Shown here one piece after another: positions 9,471-20,017 of a DNA stretch of 64,000 bases. Every line of letters starts with the position of its first letter. Within the stretch, counting starts at the first letter, position 1. Position numbers and translations under genes: made by a program. Below the pieces are notes generated by a model. That model was not told the DNA's origin, made no database searches, and was given only the letters and a program-made list of their open reading frames with translations. The DNA is from a bacterium. GTDB taxonomy: Bacteria; UBA8248; JACPRG01; G963555815. The stretch is from the NCBI GenBank assembly GCA_965218795.1, contig OZ244653.1:1088001-1152000 (forward strand). Reading direction: 5' to 3'.

Positions 9471-11674
9471 TTACTTCTTTCTTCTTTGTGTTGTATCGGT
9501 ATGCAGTACGTCAATGGCCGTTTCAATCTCGCGATCACTTGCTTCGAGCATCGAAAGCGCCGTCTCAAGATCATATGATATGGATAATTGACGGAGAAGC
9601 TGCGCCATCACGATCACCCGCACGTCATTCCGGCTGAGGCGACGTCCGCCCGCTCGCAACCGCTGCACCTGCTTCGCAGCGATCGGCGTCACCGTGCCCC
9701 ACAGATCACCGTTCCATTCATGGCAGGGGAGCTGAGAACGCTTACGGCAAACTAGGATGATATCGAGATCAATGGGCTCTTTCGCCTGATGTTTCGGCAT
9801 GGCAACGGACATTTCGGCCTTTATCGGTTGCGCCGCCGTAATACCAAAGCTTGCCTCCATCAGTGCCTTAAGGACCGAGTGCCAGCCATCAGAGCGGGAG
9901 TGGTGATAAGTGAAGGCGAGAACGCCTTCATCCTTCAGGACGCGATGTGCTTCAGACCAGACGGCCCCAAGCCGATCCGTGAACCGTGACACAGCAGCGT
10001 TCTGAACCTCGAAAGGGGACCGAGTCGTGTGATTTTGCGAATGCCCGTATGCACCCAGGATATGCCGCTGCCAAACATGGAAGAAATCGGCAAGCTGTGA
10101 ATAGTGGACGTTATCGAAGAACGGCGGATCGGTTAATATTGCATCAACCGACCGGTCCCCCAGATCGGTATCACTCGAATCACCGCAAGACAGATAAACC
10201 TGTCTACCCGACGAAAATTCCAAGTAGTTTGTTGCCAAATCGAAGCCAAGTTTTTCTGACAGGCCAAAAACCTTCTCTCTGAGCTTTTTCCCGGCGCGGG
10301 CTTGCAGGCGTAGCTCGAACGGATCTTCTGCATAGTCCAGGGCACGGCGGATGCGTCCCTCAAACATCGTCATGAAGGACCCCGAGCTTTTCGGTGTTCC
10401 CCAAAGGTTCGCTTCAAGAGGAACCCGCTCCGGCTTCAGGATATGATGAGCAAACATATGGCGTACCGCGCCCGTGCCTTCTCCTTTGTAAGAAGCGAAC
10501 ATGTTGTTGAATTCGAGTACACCCGAAAATAGGCATGTGAACAGATCGCGCAGCACTGGATCCCTGATTACGCGAATCCGATCCGATAGGATAGACAGGC
10601 ATAGAAGTTGTCGATCATTGAACATTTCATGCCAATAGCGGTAGTTGTAGCCGAGCGCTTGGTTCGTGTTATAACCGGGTTCTATAGCAACAACAGGATA
10701 TGGGTTAGCGCGCTCCGCTAGCTTGCGAGAGGCGTCGTCGTATAGCATCCGGTCCTCGTCAGTCGCAGCGACGTAAACTTTTGACCCGTCCGCCCGAAGT
10801 ACAAGCTTCGCGTAGAGCCTATGGACGGGCGCGTGGTTTGTCTCTCGGATCGTTTTGGCTATCGAAAATACATGATCGCACGCCGGGCAATTTGCCTTTT
10901 GGCCGTTGGCCGGGCCAGACTGCGGGTCGAAATATGTCTCGCAGGACGTGCATCGCACCTGCCTGTCATCGTAACGCACCAAGTTGATATCGCCACAGTC
11001 AGGGCAAACCGCCCGCGCCTCTGGTAGCGTTTCGGATAGGCGTGCCGGGCGAATATTCGTGACGAAAAAAGACCAACCTCATGGTGACAACAGGGGCATG
11101 GAGCGGTCTTGACCCAGAAGAAATAGAGAACTTCGGCAGCCTCCCCATCCGACAAATGAGTTCTGTAGTAAGAGCGTATATCGACAGCAACGTCCTGCTC
11201 AATCGACGCAAATTCATTCAGGATCTTGGAACGATCATGAAAGGACAGCGCGTTTCGGACAAGGAAATGCGCCACCACATTGATGTCGCACCCGATCACG
11301 CGTGCACCGAGTTTGGCCGCTTCGCCGATCGTCGTTCCGCTCCCCATGAACGGATCGAAGACAACCGAGCCAGCCAACCGGATGGGTCGATAGAAGGCAT
11401 TCATGATATTCGTTCCAGTCGGCGTCAGCGCGCCGATCGTGATCGCACGAAAAACACTCCCAAGCCTCTGAGCCCACCATTTGTGAATGTGGTAGATGGG
11501 GCGGTTGATCTCTTTGCGCCAGCTTTCAAGCTCCGCAATGTCACTGATCTGCTCGAATGGAAAATTATCATCCTCAAGAGCGCAAGGTCCACCGACGGAT
11601 GATAGATTAAGCTCACTATCAGCGGGAATAGAAAGCTCCAATCTTTCCTGGTGCGGTGTATCGCTTGATCGCAT
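9471..11674 (-). pseudogene. Amino-DNA methyltransferase with Zn-ribbon insert (DUF1156/COG1743-like), frameshifted
   Basis: IHKWWAQR, DPFMGSGTT (motif I), several CxxC, TDPPFFD (motif IV), FTYHH. One missing base at about 11023 (YPKRY-PEARAVCPDC) joins ORFs 10859-11674 and 9471-10982 into 734 aa. Confidence 0.82.
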
Positions 11675-11938
11675 TGCTGATTTTCATTTAGCGCTGGTAG
11701 CGCGTCGTTTTGTGAATTGCCCGATTTCGTCATTTATTTTGTGTACCGCCAAACTTCCAGCGTCTTGAACCGCCTGTACAAATTTTTCAGCATATAGACC
11801 GTGAGGAAAGCGATCAAAACGTCAGGCACAAGGTTCAGTATACACAGGTGGCCCGACTCCACCGATTCGGCCACCCTGGAGAGCAGGGGACGGGGCGGGT
11901 CGAAGACAACTCCGCCGATCCAAAGGTGGACGGACGGT

Positions 11939-12916
11939 TTATCGCTTGGCCGCCTGCGCAACGGGACGACGCTGCTTCTTCGATGGGGTCAATGACTTTG
12001 AGAGCATACCGTGGACTCCTTTGTACCCGTTCACGAGCTGTGTGATCCGGAGGTCCACCGCCGCGCTGCAGAATGCATAAGCGTCCTCGCGTCCCAGCCT
12101 GTATCGGCTTCCGAGAAAATCGATCATCTCCCGAAGAGCCATTCGCGCGGCTTCGGCCAGATCCTGATGGAATCCCATCGTGATGTGGTGGGTTGGAGTT
12201 TCCGCACGGGGCCATTTCAGCTTCATGTCCTTTCGCACGGTCAGACGGAGAACCGCCCGCATGGAGGTTTCAACCGCGGTCTGGTCCACCTCTCCGTCCC
12301 CTTGAGCGGCGTGCCCGTCCCCAATCGACAATCCGGCCCCGGTCTTCCAGATCGGAAGGTAGACCGTGGAACCCGCCACCAGATCCTTGTTGTCCATGTT
12401 TCCGCCGTGAACATATGGCGGGTTGCTCGGAATCCTTCCAATCCCCTTCGGCGGGCAGACGCCCAAAATGCCGAAGAACGGACGGAGGGGGACTTTCCAG
12501 CCGGGGGCCACCTCGGCGGTATTCTTCTCCAGGTCCAGATCCATGATCCGGCTGTTATGTCTGGAGAAATCGTCCGGGAGCGCCCCGGCCATCGGCGCCA
12601 GCCGATTGTAAGCCCAGTCCACCCGTGGTTCGATGTCCTCGATGTGGACCTCCAGGACGTTTCCGGGCTTTGCGCCCTCGACGTTGATCGGGCCGAGCAG
12701 GATGTGAGGTCCCGCCCCCTTTTGGACAGTCGCATGGATGGCCGTCAGCTCCGGAGGGATCCGCCTCCTGTCCTTCGGCAGCAGGTCCGGATGGCCTGAC
12801 AGGGTGTTGGCGATCAGCCGGTCGCCCGAGCGGACCGTCAGCACGGGTTTGAGACGATAATCGAAAAAACCCCAGTGAACATTGTCGGGATTGGCCGTAA
12901 TCTCGTGGGTTTTCAA
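11939..12916 (-). CDS. Acetamidase/formamidase family protein
   Basis: VHWGFF, GPHILLGPI, HGGNMDNKDL, GDGHAAQGDGEV motifs. Confidence 0.92.
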   Translation of the reverse strand: MKTHEITANPDNVHWGFFDYRLKPVLTVRSGDRLIANTLSGHPDLLPKDRRRIPPELTAIHATVQKGAGPHILLGPINVEGAKPGNVLEVHIEDIEPRVDWAYNRLAPMAGALPDDFSRHNSRIMDLDLEKNTAEVAPGWKVPLRPFFGILGVCPPKGIGRIPSNPPYVHGGNMDNKDLVAGSTVYLPIWKTGAGLSIGDGHAAQGDGEVDQTAVETSMRAVLRLTVRKDMKLKWPRAETPTHHITMGFHQDLAEAARMALREMIDFLGSRYRLGREDAYAFCSAAVDLRITQLVNGYKGVHGMLSKSLTPSKKQRRPVAQAAKR

Positions 12917-12969
12917 TGCCCCTCTCCTCTGGACGGTTGAATCATGACCATGCGGGAACGCGCTTCACT

Positions 12970-13731
12970 TCAGTTCATATACGAACCGCCGTCGACGAGC
13001 AGCGTCTGGCCTGTGATGAAGTCGGCCCCGTCGGACAGGAAGAACAACATCGCCCCGACCAGATCCTCGGGCATTTCGCCGCGGGGAATCGCGCGGGTCG
13101 GAATCTGGAGGGTCTCGGCTTCCTCAAACTTCTGGCCCCGCGCCGCGGCCAAACTTTCGCTCCGCGTCAACCCGGGGCCGACCGCATTGACGCAGATTCC
13201 GTCCTTGCCCATGGAACGGGCGAGCACTCGCGTCAGCGTCACCACGGCCCCCTTGGATACCGTGTAGTGGGCGGGAGCCGGAAGTCCCTTGAACGGCACG
13301 CCCGAAGCGAGATTCACGATCTTTCCCGAGCCCTGTTCCTTCATGCAGGGATAGACGGCCCGGGAGACCAGCCAGGGGCCTTTGACGTTGACGGCCATCA
13401 CCGCATCCCAATCATCCGTGGTAATCTCATTGAATTCGGCCCAGTTCAGATCGAACACCCTGGCGGCGTTATTGACCAGCCCGTCGATTCGGCCGTATGT
13501 CTCATGGGCCCTGTTCACCAGAGCGCTTACGCTGTCCTCATCCGACACGTCGGCTTGGATGAAGATCCCCTCGCCTCCCGCGGCGCGGATTCCCTCCACG
13601 GTTTCCTCGCCATCCCGGATATCGCAAACGACGACCTTCGCGCCCGCGGCGCTGACGGCAGTCGAGAAAACCCGGCCGAGCCCACGCGCCCCGCCCGTAA
13701 CGATCACCGCCTTTCCCTTGAGCGTCATCAC
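12970..13731 (-). CDS. Short-chain dehydrogenase/reductase
   Basis: TGGARGLG, NNA, YTVSK, ITGQTLLVDGG. Confidence 0.93.
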   Translation of the reverse strand: MMTLKGKAVIVTGGARGLGRVFSTAVSAAGAKVVVCDIRDGEETVEGIRAAGGEGIFIQADVSDEDSVSALVNRAHETYGRIDGLVNNAARVFDLNWAEFNEITTDDWDAVMAVNVKGPWLVSRAVYPCMKEQGSGKIVNLASGVPFKGLPAPAHYTVSKGAVVTLTRVLARSMGKDGICVNAVGPGLTRSESLAAARGQKFEEAETLQIPTRAIPRGEMPEDLVGAMLFFLSDGADFITGQTLLVDGGSYMN

Positions 13732-14005
13732 GTCCTCCGATTAGAAAAAAATGAGACTCGGCGCATTGATCCCGGCCGCGGTTCTCCTTTTGGATTCGGA
13801 ACTGAAAGAGAGGCGTCATGCCCAAGCCAGATTCTATCATCGAAATCGGGCCGCCCGCGGTCATCAGGATGCCGAACCTCCGGAGCGGCCTTCCCAGCCC
13901 GAACGGAATGAACAAAACCCATTCATCCGTATAATGAGTAAGACGTCGACCAGGGAATTGCCCTTTCCCGATTCCCTTTCAATCCCCATCGCCCAGGCTC
14001 TTTTC

Positions 14006-15034
14006 ATGCTTGACCTCAGTGTGCTCGATCAGTCCCCGGTTCGAAGCGGAGGAACGCCGGCGCAGGCGCTCGCCGAGACAATCCAGCTCGCCCAGGCCGC
14101 CGACAGTCTTGGCTACCGAAGATATTGGCTGGCCGAGCACCACGGAACGGACGGGTTCGCCGGTTCCGCTCCCGAGGTGCTCATCACACGGGTGGCCGCC
14201 GCCACCTCCAGCATACGGGTAGGCGCGGGCGGCGTCATGCTGGCGCACTACAGCCCCCTCAAGGTGGCCGATAATTTTCGGGTGCTGGAAAACCTCTATC
14301 CAGGCAGGATCGACCTGGGAATCGGCCGCGCGCCGGGCAGCGACCCGATCACCGCCCGCGCCCTGGCTTACGGGTCCCAGATCGGAATTGAGTATTTCCC
14401 CTCGAGGATCGCCGACCTGATCGCCTTCCTGGAAGATTCGAGTCCGGCCACGGAAGCCTTCGAGAAGGTGAGAGCCACTCCCAAAGCCCCCTCGGTTCCT
14501 GAAATCTGGCTCCTGGGATCCAGCGCGCAGAGCGCGATCTATGCGGCCCGCTTCGGACTCGCATTCTCGTTCGCCCACTTCATCTCCCCCGTGGGCGGCG
14601 ATGAAGTCCTGCGAGCGTATCGGGAGCGGTTTCAACCGAGCGGGATGCTTGAAAAACCGAGAGAAAGCTTGTGCGTGTTCGTTATCTGCGCGGATACGGA
14701 GGAGGAAGCGAAGCGTCTCGCAATCAGCCGGGACCTGTGGAGACTCCGTCTGGAGCGGGGAGAACCCGGCCCCTACCCCTCTGTAGAAGAAGCCCAGTCC
14801 TATCCATACACCGATGCGGAGAAGGCTCGCGTGGAGGCCAATCGCACGCGCAACGTCGTGGGTGACCCCGAGCAGGTCAAGGAACGGATTGAGCGCACGG
14901 CGGAGGAATACGGTGCAGGGGAAATCGTTGTCCTGACGATCACCCACGATTTCGCGGCCCGCCTTCGATCTTATGAGCTGCTTGCCGGGGCCTTCGGGTT
15001 ACAGCCGCCTGCGCCTCAGGGGATTGCCGAATGA
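14006..15034 (+). CDS. LLM-class (luciferase-like) flavin-dependent oxidoreductase
   Basis: MLDLSVLDQSP, YWLAEHH, PGRIDLGIGRAPG, WLLGSS. Confidence 0.92.
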   Translation: MLDLSVLDQSPVRSGGTPAQALAETIQLAQAADSLGYRRYWLAEHHGTDGFAGSAPEVLITRVAAATSSIRVGAGGVMLAHYSPLKVADNFRVLENLYPGRIDLGIGRAPGSDPITARALAYGSQIGIEYFPSRIADLIAFLEDSSPATEAFEKVRATPKAPSVPEIWLLGSSAQSAIYAARFGLAFSFAHFISPVGGDEVLRAYRERFQPSGMLEKPRESLCVFVICADTEEEAKRLAISRDLWRLRLERGEPGPYPSVEEAQSYPYTDAEKARVEANRTRNVVGDPEQVKERIERTAEEYGAGEIVVLTITHDFAARLRSYELLAGAFGLQPPAPQGIAE

Positions 15035-15182
15035 CAGCCTGAGGCCTCTATCCGACCAACGTCAAAAACCTTCGCGGGGAAACCGCGAAGTGTCCCGATC
15101 GTTGGTCTCGCAATGACAGATCGGGGCAAGTCAAACCCCGCAAGAATCGTTTGATCGCAACCCATCCCGGCCCTCTCCCCGG

Positions 15183-15710
15183 CTATCCGCTTGACACCGT
15201 GACCAAAGCGGCCCCGGCGCAGATCATGAAAGCCCCTGTCACAAGGCGCAGGGTCACCCGTTCCAGTTGTCGAAGAAACAACCAGGAAAAAACAAGAACA
15301 AAGAGCGGGTTGGTATAGGAGAGCGGAGCCACGACGGAAACAGTGCCGTGCTGGAGGGCTGCAAACAGCGCCAGGTGGCTCACATTGGACAGCAGGCCGC
15401 TGATGCCGAAAAATCCGATGTTCCGTCGGTTGAATTGAATCCGTTCGGCCTTCGGCAGAAACGGGCACCAGCGCACAATGACCCCAAGAGTTCCGATCGC
15501 TGCAACGCACAGCCCGACACTGAGAATCGGGATCAACGAGATCCCTGTCTTCCGCAGAACGGTGGTCAAGCCGAACATGACCGTCGCCAGGACGGCAAAG
15601 ATCAGGTAGTACCCGACGGACTGGCGCCGGCCGCTCTCTTCGGCTTTCGATTGTTGTTCCCGCGCCACCATTGTGACGCCCGCCATAATCAGAAGCGTTC
15701 CCGCGAACAC
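15183..15710 (-). pseudogene. EamA/DMT transporter, C-terminal half only
   Basis: Five to six TM segments with G.VSVVAPL...PLF...LFLRQLERVT; the first EamA repeat is missing. A possible N-terminal scrap (LLMGAGGYLRARG) lies in another frame just upstream. Confidence 0.7.
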
Positions 15711-15907
15711 GAGCCGTGATGGGCGTCGAGGTTCGCAATGCCACGCGCGCGGAGGTATCCCCCAGCGCCCATGAGGAGGCGGCGGCGAGAGCGAGAATCT
15801 CGGGGGGTAGCCATCGAGTTCATCATCCCCGGTCCGGGAATCCGGTGGAGAAACGGAAAGGCGCCGAGTCTTGCCTCCCGACCCAACCGGAAGGGTTCAT
15901 CGAAATA

Positions 15908-15946
15908 TGAAAGGCCCGGAGGAGGGGGAATCCTCCGAGCCTTTCA
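15908..15946 (-). terminator. Strong hairpin, probable intrinsic terminator
   Basis: Minus strand: tgaaaggctcggagga-ttccccc-tcctccgggcctttca followed by tattt. Confidence 0.55.
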
Positions 15947-16023
15947 ATTGTCCCGCCCGGCTCTCCCGGCCGGGAGCAACCGGTCCAACGGAATACCCTG
16001 TTTCCTACATCAAAGCCGGCGCA

Positions 16024-16230
16024 TCACTCCAAAGGCTTGAGGATCTTCCACATCTTTGGACTCAGACCTCTTTCCTTGATGAATCCGGCCTTGAGGGCCA
16101 TCTTCAAAAAGGCGGTTTCCTCATCAACGAAGATCTGAAGGAAACAGCCCGACCTTGACGGTCTTGCGGCGAACGCTTCCGATACCGCCCCGGTCGCCAT
16201 CAGGGCCGCCATCAGAAAGACCCACATCCA
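16024..16230 (-). pseudogene. Remnant of an exported (ABC substrate-binding-like) protein
   Basis: Signal-peptide-like MWVFLMAALMATGAVSEAFAA, then KTVKVGLF in a shifted frame, then a C-terminus-like tail FLKMALKAGFIKE; consistent with an internal deletion. Confidence 0.35.
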
Positions 16231-16585
16231 TCTCGCTGTGTTTCGGCTCTTCGCTACGTTCCCTCCAAAAGAGTTCGTTCCATCATCGCACCGGAACATT
16301 CACCATCTTTTGCGGATGCTCCGTCCGTCTCGGTTCGACCGACTCGACGTGGAATCCAATCGATGAAGAATGCACCGACTTTCTTTAGTTTATACCATTC
16401 CCCCGGGATCACACCGAACCGGTGGGTCGTGTCGATCAGAGAAATTTCACGGTCCGTTCCGACTCGAAATCAAACCCAAGGCTTGCGATACGTATCCTTC
16501 TCGAAATTTTCACCCTTTCCGTTCGAGAGAACCTCTCCCCCGGCACATCAGAACGATCGTCTCGGCAATCAATGGGTGCTGCCGC

Positions 16586-17653
16586 TTACCAGACTTCCGC
16601 CAAAAGCGCGTCCGGATCCCCATGCCGTGCCGCGACCTCACGAATGGCCGGGTCTTCCAGGATGAGGAACCGGCCCGTATCAATCAATTGTTCCCCGCCG
16701 ATGCTGAACGATGGTTTCAGGCTCCCGCCGTCCCAATGCAGGGGGCTGTCAAAGTCCTTCAGCCACGGCCAGTGCCCCACGGCGGCGTGGTAGCTCCCCG
16801 CATGGCGGAAGAGGATGGTATCCGGAGCGCGGTATTGCAGGGCTTCATGGACGGGCGCCTTCGGGTGCGCCCCGATGGCAATCTCCGAGAAGTACCGGCC
16901 CTTTTCATACCGGTCCATCAGGTCTTCCAGCCAGGCGGCTTCGTCTCCGCCCTCGACCCGGGTCACCCAATGGTCTTCAACCGTGAGTCGAACGGGCTCC
17001 CTCAGGTATCCTGAAAACCCTTCCATGTGATCGAAGACCACCATCCCGTTGACCGGAGACATCGGGTGCGTCGCCATATCGCCTCCGGGAAAGAACATCC
17101 ACGGCCTGGGCAGAGGCTGTTCGGTGAACCCCCATTTGTAATCGATCCCCCCTTTCAGGTCCGTACCGTTGGCATCGGTCAGGTGAAACTCGACGCTCTT
17201 TCCCCGGCGCGCGTGTTCGAGGGTCTTGTCGAAAATCGTCCAGAGGATTTCACCGGGGAAGCGGGCCCAATCGGAAGCCAGCAACTCGGGGGTCGGGCAG
17301 ATCAGCGAAACGCAGCGTTTCCCGGTTCGGCCCAGAAAATAAGAAAAATTCAGATTATCCACTATGGCGGCGTTCTCGAGTTCCAGGGCCGTGATCAGAA
17401 CGTCCGCCGACTCCATGGCGGCCAGAACCAAGGGGTCGATGGGAGCGCGAAGGCGGTTGACTCCCGCGTGGGAAGACAGCAGGTGCGTCTTGGCTCCGGC
17501 CTCTTCACATGCCAGCGCGATGGCCTGCACGACAAGGTCGTCGATCTTTCCCGTTCGGTCGGTCCAGAGCAGGACTTTCTCGCCTTCCTGGATGAACGCA
17601 TAGTTCCGCACGCAGTTCCTGGCGCCGGGCATGAGGTCGAGAAGAGAATACAT
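16586..17653 (-). CDS. Peptidase M29-like / NicX-like metalloprotein
   Basis: GEKVLLWTD, GTDLKG, FFPGGD, L.VEDHWVTRVEGG.EA, EIAIGAHP, H.A.G and HWD motifs of the aminopeptidase T/NicX fold. Confidence 0.6.
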   Translation of the reverse strand: MYSLLDLMPGARNCVRNYAFIQEGEKVLLWTDRTGKIDDLVVQAIALACEEAGAKTHLLSSHAGVNRLRAPIDPLVLAAMESADVLITALELENAAIVDNLNFSYFLGRTGKRCVSLICPTPELLASDWARFPGEILWTIFDKTLEHARRGKSVEFHLTDANGTDLKGGIDYKWGFTEQPLPRPWMFFPGGDMATHPMSPVNGMVVFDHMEGFSGYLREPVRLTVEDHWVTRVEGGDEAAWLEDLMDRYEKGRYFSEIAIGAHPKAPVHEALQYRAPDTILFRHAGSYHAAVGHWPWLKDFDSPLHWDGGSLKPSFSIGGEQLIDTGRFLILEDPAIREVAARHGDPDALLAEVW

Positions 17654-17738
17654 GGCGAGTCGGTCCTCCCTGCGGAGCCAATCCCGTCCCAACCCGACGG
17701 ACCCGCTCCAGCGTGTGAAATGTATATGGAACCTTTTG

Positions 17739-17768
17739 ATTAAAATGTGACCGAAACATCGATGTCAA
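17739..17768 (-). promoter_or_regulatory. Possible sigma70 promoter in the divergent intergenic region
   Basis: Minus strand TTGACA-18 bp-TTTAAT in an AT-rich spacer; the acatcgatgt palindrome overlaps it. Confidence 0.35.
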
Positions 17769-17824
17769 CGTAAAATAACGGTCAACGCTTCAAGGATTGG
17801 CTTCTGTTGTTTGGGGCGATATCC

Positions 17825-20011
17825 ATGGTCACCAAGACGGACACCCGACGAAAGAGGACTTCACCCGCGCAAAATCACCGCCAGAGCAACGCGAAGGGTG
17901 ATGAACCCGACAGCTTCCTGCTCGGAATCGATATCGGCGGGACATTTACGGACATTTGCCTTCTCCACGGAGACGGCCGGGTCAAGACCTACAAGACCGC
18001 CTCCACGCCGGAAGAACCTTTGGACGGGGTTCTGGAGGGGATCCGGCTGGCCGCCGGGGATTCGGGATTCCCCCCCCAACAGTTCCTGGAAAAGACGGTG
18101 TACTTCGGTCACGGGACGACCATCGCGACAAACGCCCTTATCCAGCGATCCGGAGCCCGCGTGGGACTGATAACGACCCGCGGGTTCCGCGACACCATCC
18201 TGATTCAGCGTTCTCTCGGCATGACGGCGGGTTTGACTGAAGAGGAGCTCGCCGATTACAGCCTGCGCTCCTATCCCGAGCCGCTGGTCCCGCCCGGTCT
18301 CATCAAGGAAGTCAGCGAACGGGTGGATTACAAGGGTTCAGTCGTCGTCGATCTGAACCTGGATGAAGCGAAACGAGCGGTGGATGAGCTGATTGAATCG
18401 GGGGTTCAATCCATCGCCGTCTGTTTTCTCTGGTCGTTCCTGAATCCGGTCCACGAGCGCGCCGTCCGCGATTGGGCGGAGGCCCGGGGCGCCCACGTGA
18501 CCGCCTCGAGCGACCTCTTTCCCATACTGGGAGAGTACGAGAGAACCGCCTCTACGGTGATGAACGCCTACCTCAGCCCGATCGTCAAAGAGTACCTGAA
18601 TGGGTTGGAGCGCAATCTGAAAAGCGCGGGGCTGCGGCCGCCTCCTGTCATCATGCACTCGGCAGGCGGGTCCATTTCCCCCGAGGAGGCCGCTGAAAAC
18701 GCCCTGACCCTCCTGATGTCCGGCCCGGCGGGAGGCGTGATCGGCTCCCGGATGCTGGGGGAGACGCTGGGTCACGATCACATCATCACGGCCGACATGG
18801 GCGGCACCAGCTTCGACGTCGGATTAATCGTCGGCGGCGAACCCGTTCATGCGGAAGGGGCCGTTTTCGGCAAATACCACACCCTGGCCCCGATGATGGC
18901 GATCGAGACCATCGGCGCGGGCGGAGGCAGCATTGCCCGGGTGATCGAGGGTGAACTGCTGGTCGGACCCGAGAGCGCCGGGGCCGTTCCCGGCCCGGCG
19001 TGTTACGGAAGGGGAGGAACCGAGCCTACGGCGACTGATGCGGATATCGTTCTGGGGATTCTGAATCCCGCCTTCTTTCTGGGGGGGCGGATCCCGTTGG
19101 CGCCTGATCGCGCCCTTCAAGCCATCAAGAGCAGGGTCGCAAACCCCTTGGGCCTTTCGGCGCTCCAGGCGGCGGCCGGCATTCGCCAGATCATCGACCA
19201 GCAAATGGCCGATCTGATCCGGCGCGTGACCCTCGAAAGAGGGTTCGACCCGCAGGACTTCGTCCTCTACGCCTATGGGGGCGCGGGCCCCGCCCACTGC
19301 GCGTCCTTCGGGAAGGAGCTGAACATTTCGGAAATCGTCATGCCGCTGACCGCCGGCTCCCATTCGGCCTTCGGCGCCGTCGCCTCGGACATCCAGCGCT
19401 CTTTCGCGCTTTCTCATCTGATGAGAACCCCGCCCCTCTCCGTCGATCCGGCCGCCGACCTGGACGCCCGAAAAATGGAGACCCTCTTTCGCGACCTCGA
19501 AGACCGGGGCCGTGCCACGCTGACGAAAAATGGAATCCCCAGGGCCGATATGCAGTCCCACCGGTTCGCCCATATGCGCTACCGCCGGCAGACCCACGAG
19601 GTTCCCGTTCCGGTTCCCAACGGCCGGTTCCTTTCGAAAAGCGTACGGGCGCTCATTGCTCGTTTCGAGGAGGAGTACGAAACCCGATACGGCAGCGGTT
19701 CCCAGTTTCCCGAGGCCGGATTGGAGATCACAACCTTCCGGGTCGAGGCGGTGGGACGGAAAGTGAAACCGAACCTCCAGGCCCGCCGGAGGCGGAAAAA
19801 CCGCCGGGTTCGCCCAATCGAAACGAAGAATGTCTATTATTATGAGGCCGGCGGGAGACTCCCGACGAAGTTTTACCGCGGCGCCGATCTACCGCCGGGC
19901 TTGGAACTCAAGGGGCCGGCCGTGCTTGAATACGCCGGCACGACCATCCTGATCGAGCCCGGGCAAACGGGGTGCGTCGACCCCTACCTCAACGTGAGAA
20001 TCCTTCTGTAG
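17825..20011 (+). CDS. Hydantoinase/oxoprolinase A subunit
   Basis: GIDIGGTFTD, HGTTIATNAL, SGPAGG, DMGGTSFD, GAGGGS, GPACYGRGG motifs. Confidence 0.95.
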   Translation: MVTKTDTRRKRTSPAQNHRQSNAKGDEPDSFLLGIDIGGTFTDICLLHGDGRVKTYKTASTPEEPLDGVLEGIRLAAGDSGFPPQQFLEKTVYFGHGTTIATNALIQRSGARVGLITTRGFRDTILIQRSLGMTAGLTEEELADYSLRSYPEPLVPPGLIKEVSERVDYKGSVVVDLNLDEAKRAVDELIESGVQSIAVCFLWSFLNPVHERAVRDWAEARGAHVTASSDLFPILGEYERTASTVMNAYLSPIVKEYLNGLERNLKSAGLRPPPVIMHSAGGSISPEEAAENALTLLMSGPAGGVIGSRMLGETLGHDHIITADMGGTSFDVGLIVGGEPVHAEGAVFGKYHTLAPMMAIETIGAGGGSIARVIEGELLVGPESAGAVPGPACYGRGGTEPTATDADIVLGILNPAFFLGGRIPLAPDRALQAIKSRVANPLGLSALQAAAGIRQIIDQQMADLIRRVTLERGFDPQDFVLYAYGGAGPAHCASFGKELNISEIVMPLTAGSHSAFGAVASDIQRSFALSHLMRTPPLSVDPAADLDARKMETLFRDLEDRGRATLTKNGIPRADMQSHRFAHMRYRRQTHEVPVPVPNGRFLSKSVRALIARFEEEYETRYGSGSQFPEAGLEITTFRVEAVGRKVKPNLQARRRRKNRRVRPIETKNVYYYEAGGRLPTKFYRGADLPPGLELKGPAVLEYAGTTILIEPGQTGCVDPYLNVRILL

Positions 20012-20017
20012 GCGGCC

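Noticed and set aside
11734-11961. Short hydrophobic ORF at the edge of the R-M island
   Set aside because: Overlaps the acetamidase end, has no RBS or motif, and does not resemble an R-M controller protein.
16470-16585. Possible ABC ATPase C-terminal scrap (LIAETIVLMCRGEVLSNG...)
   Set aside because: Resemblance is too weak and short to support a call.
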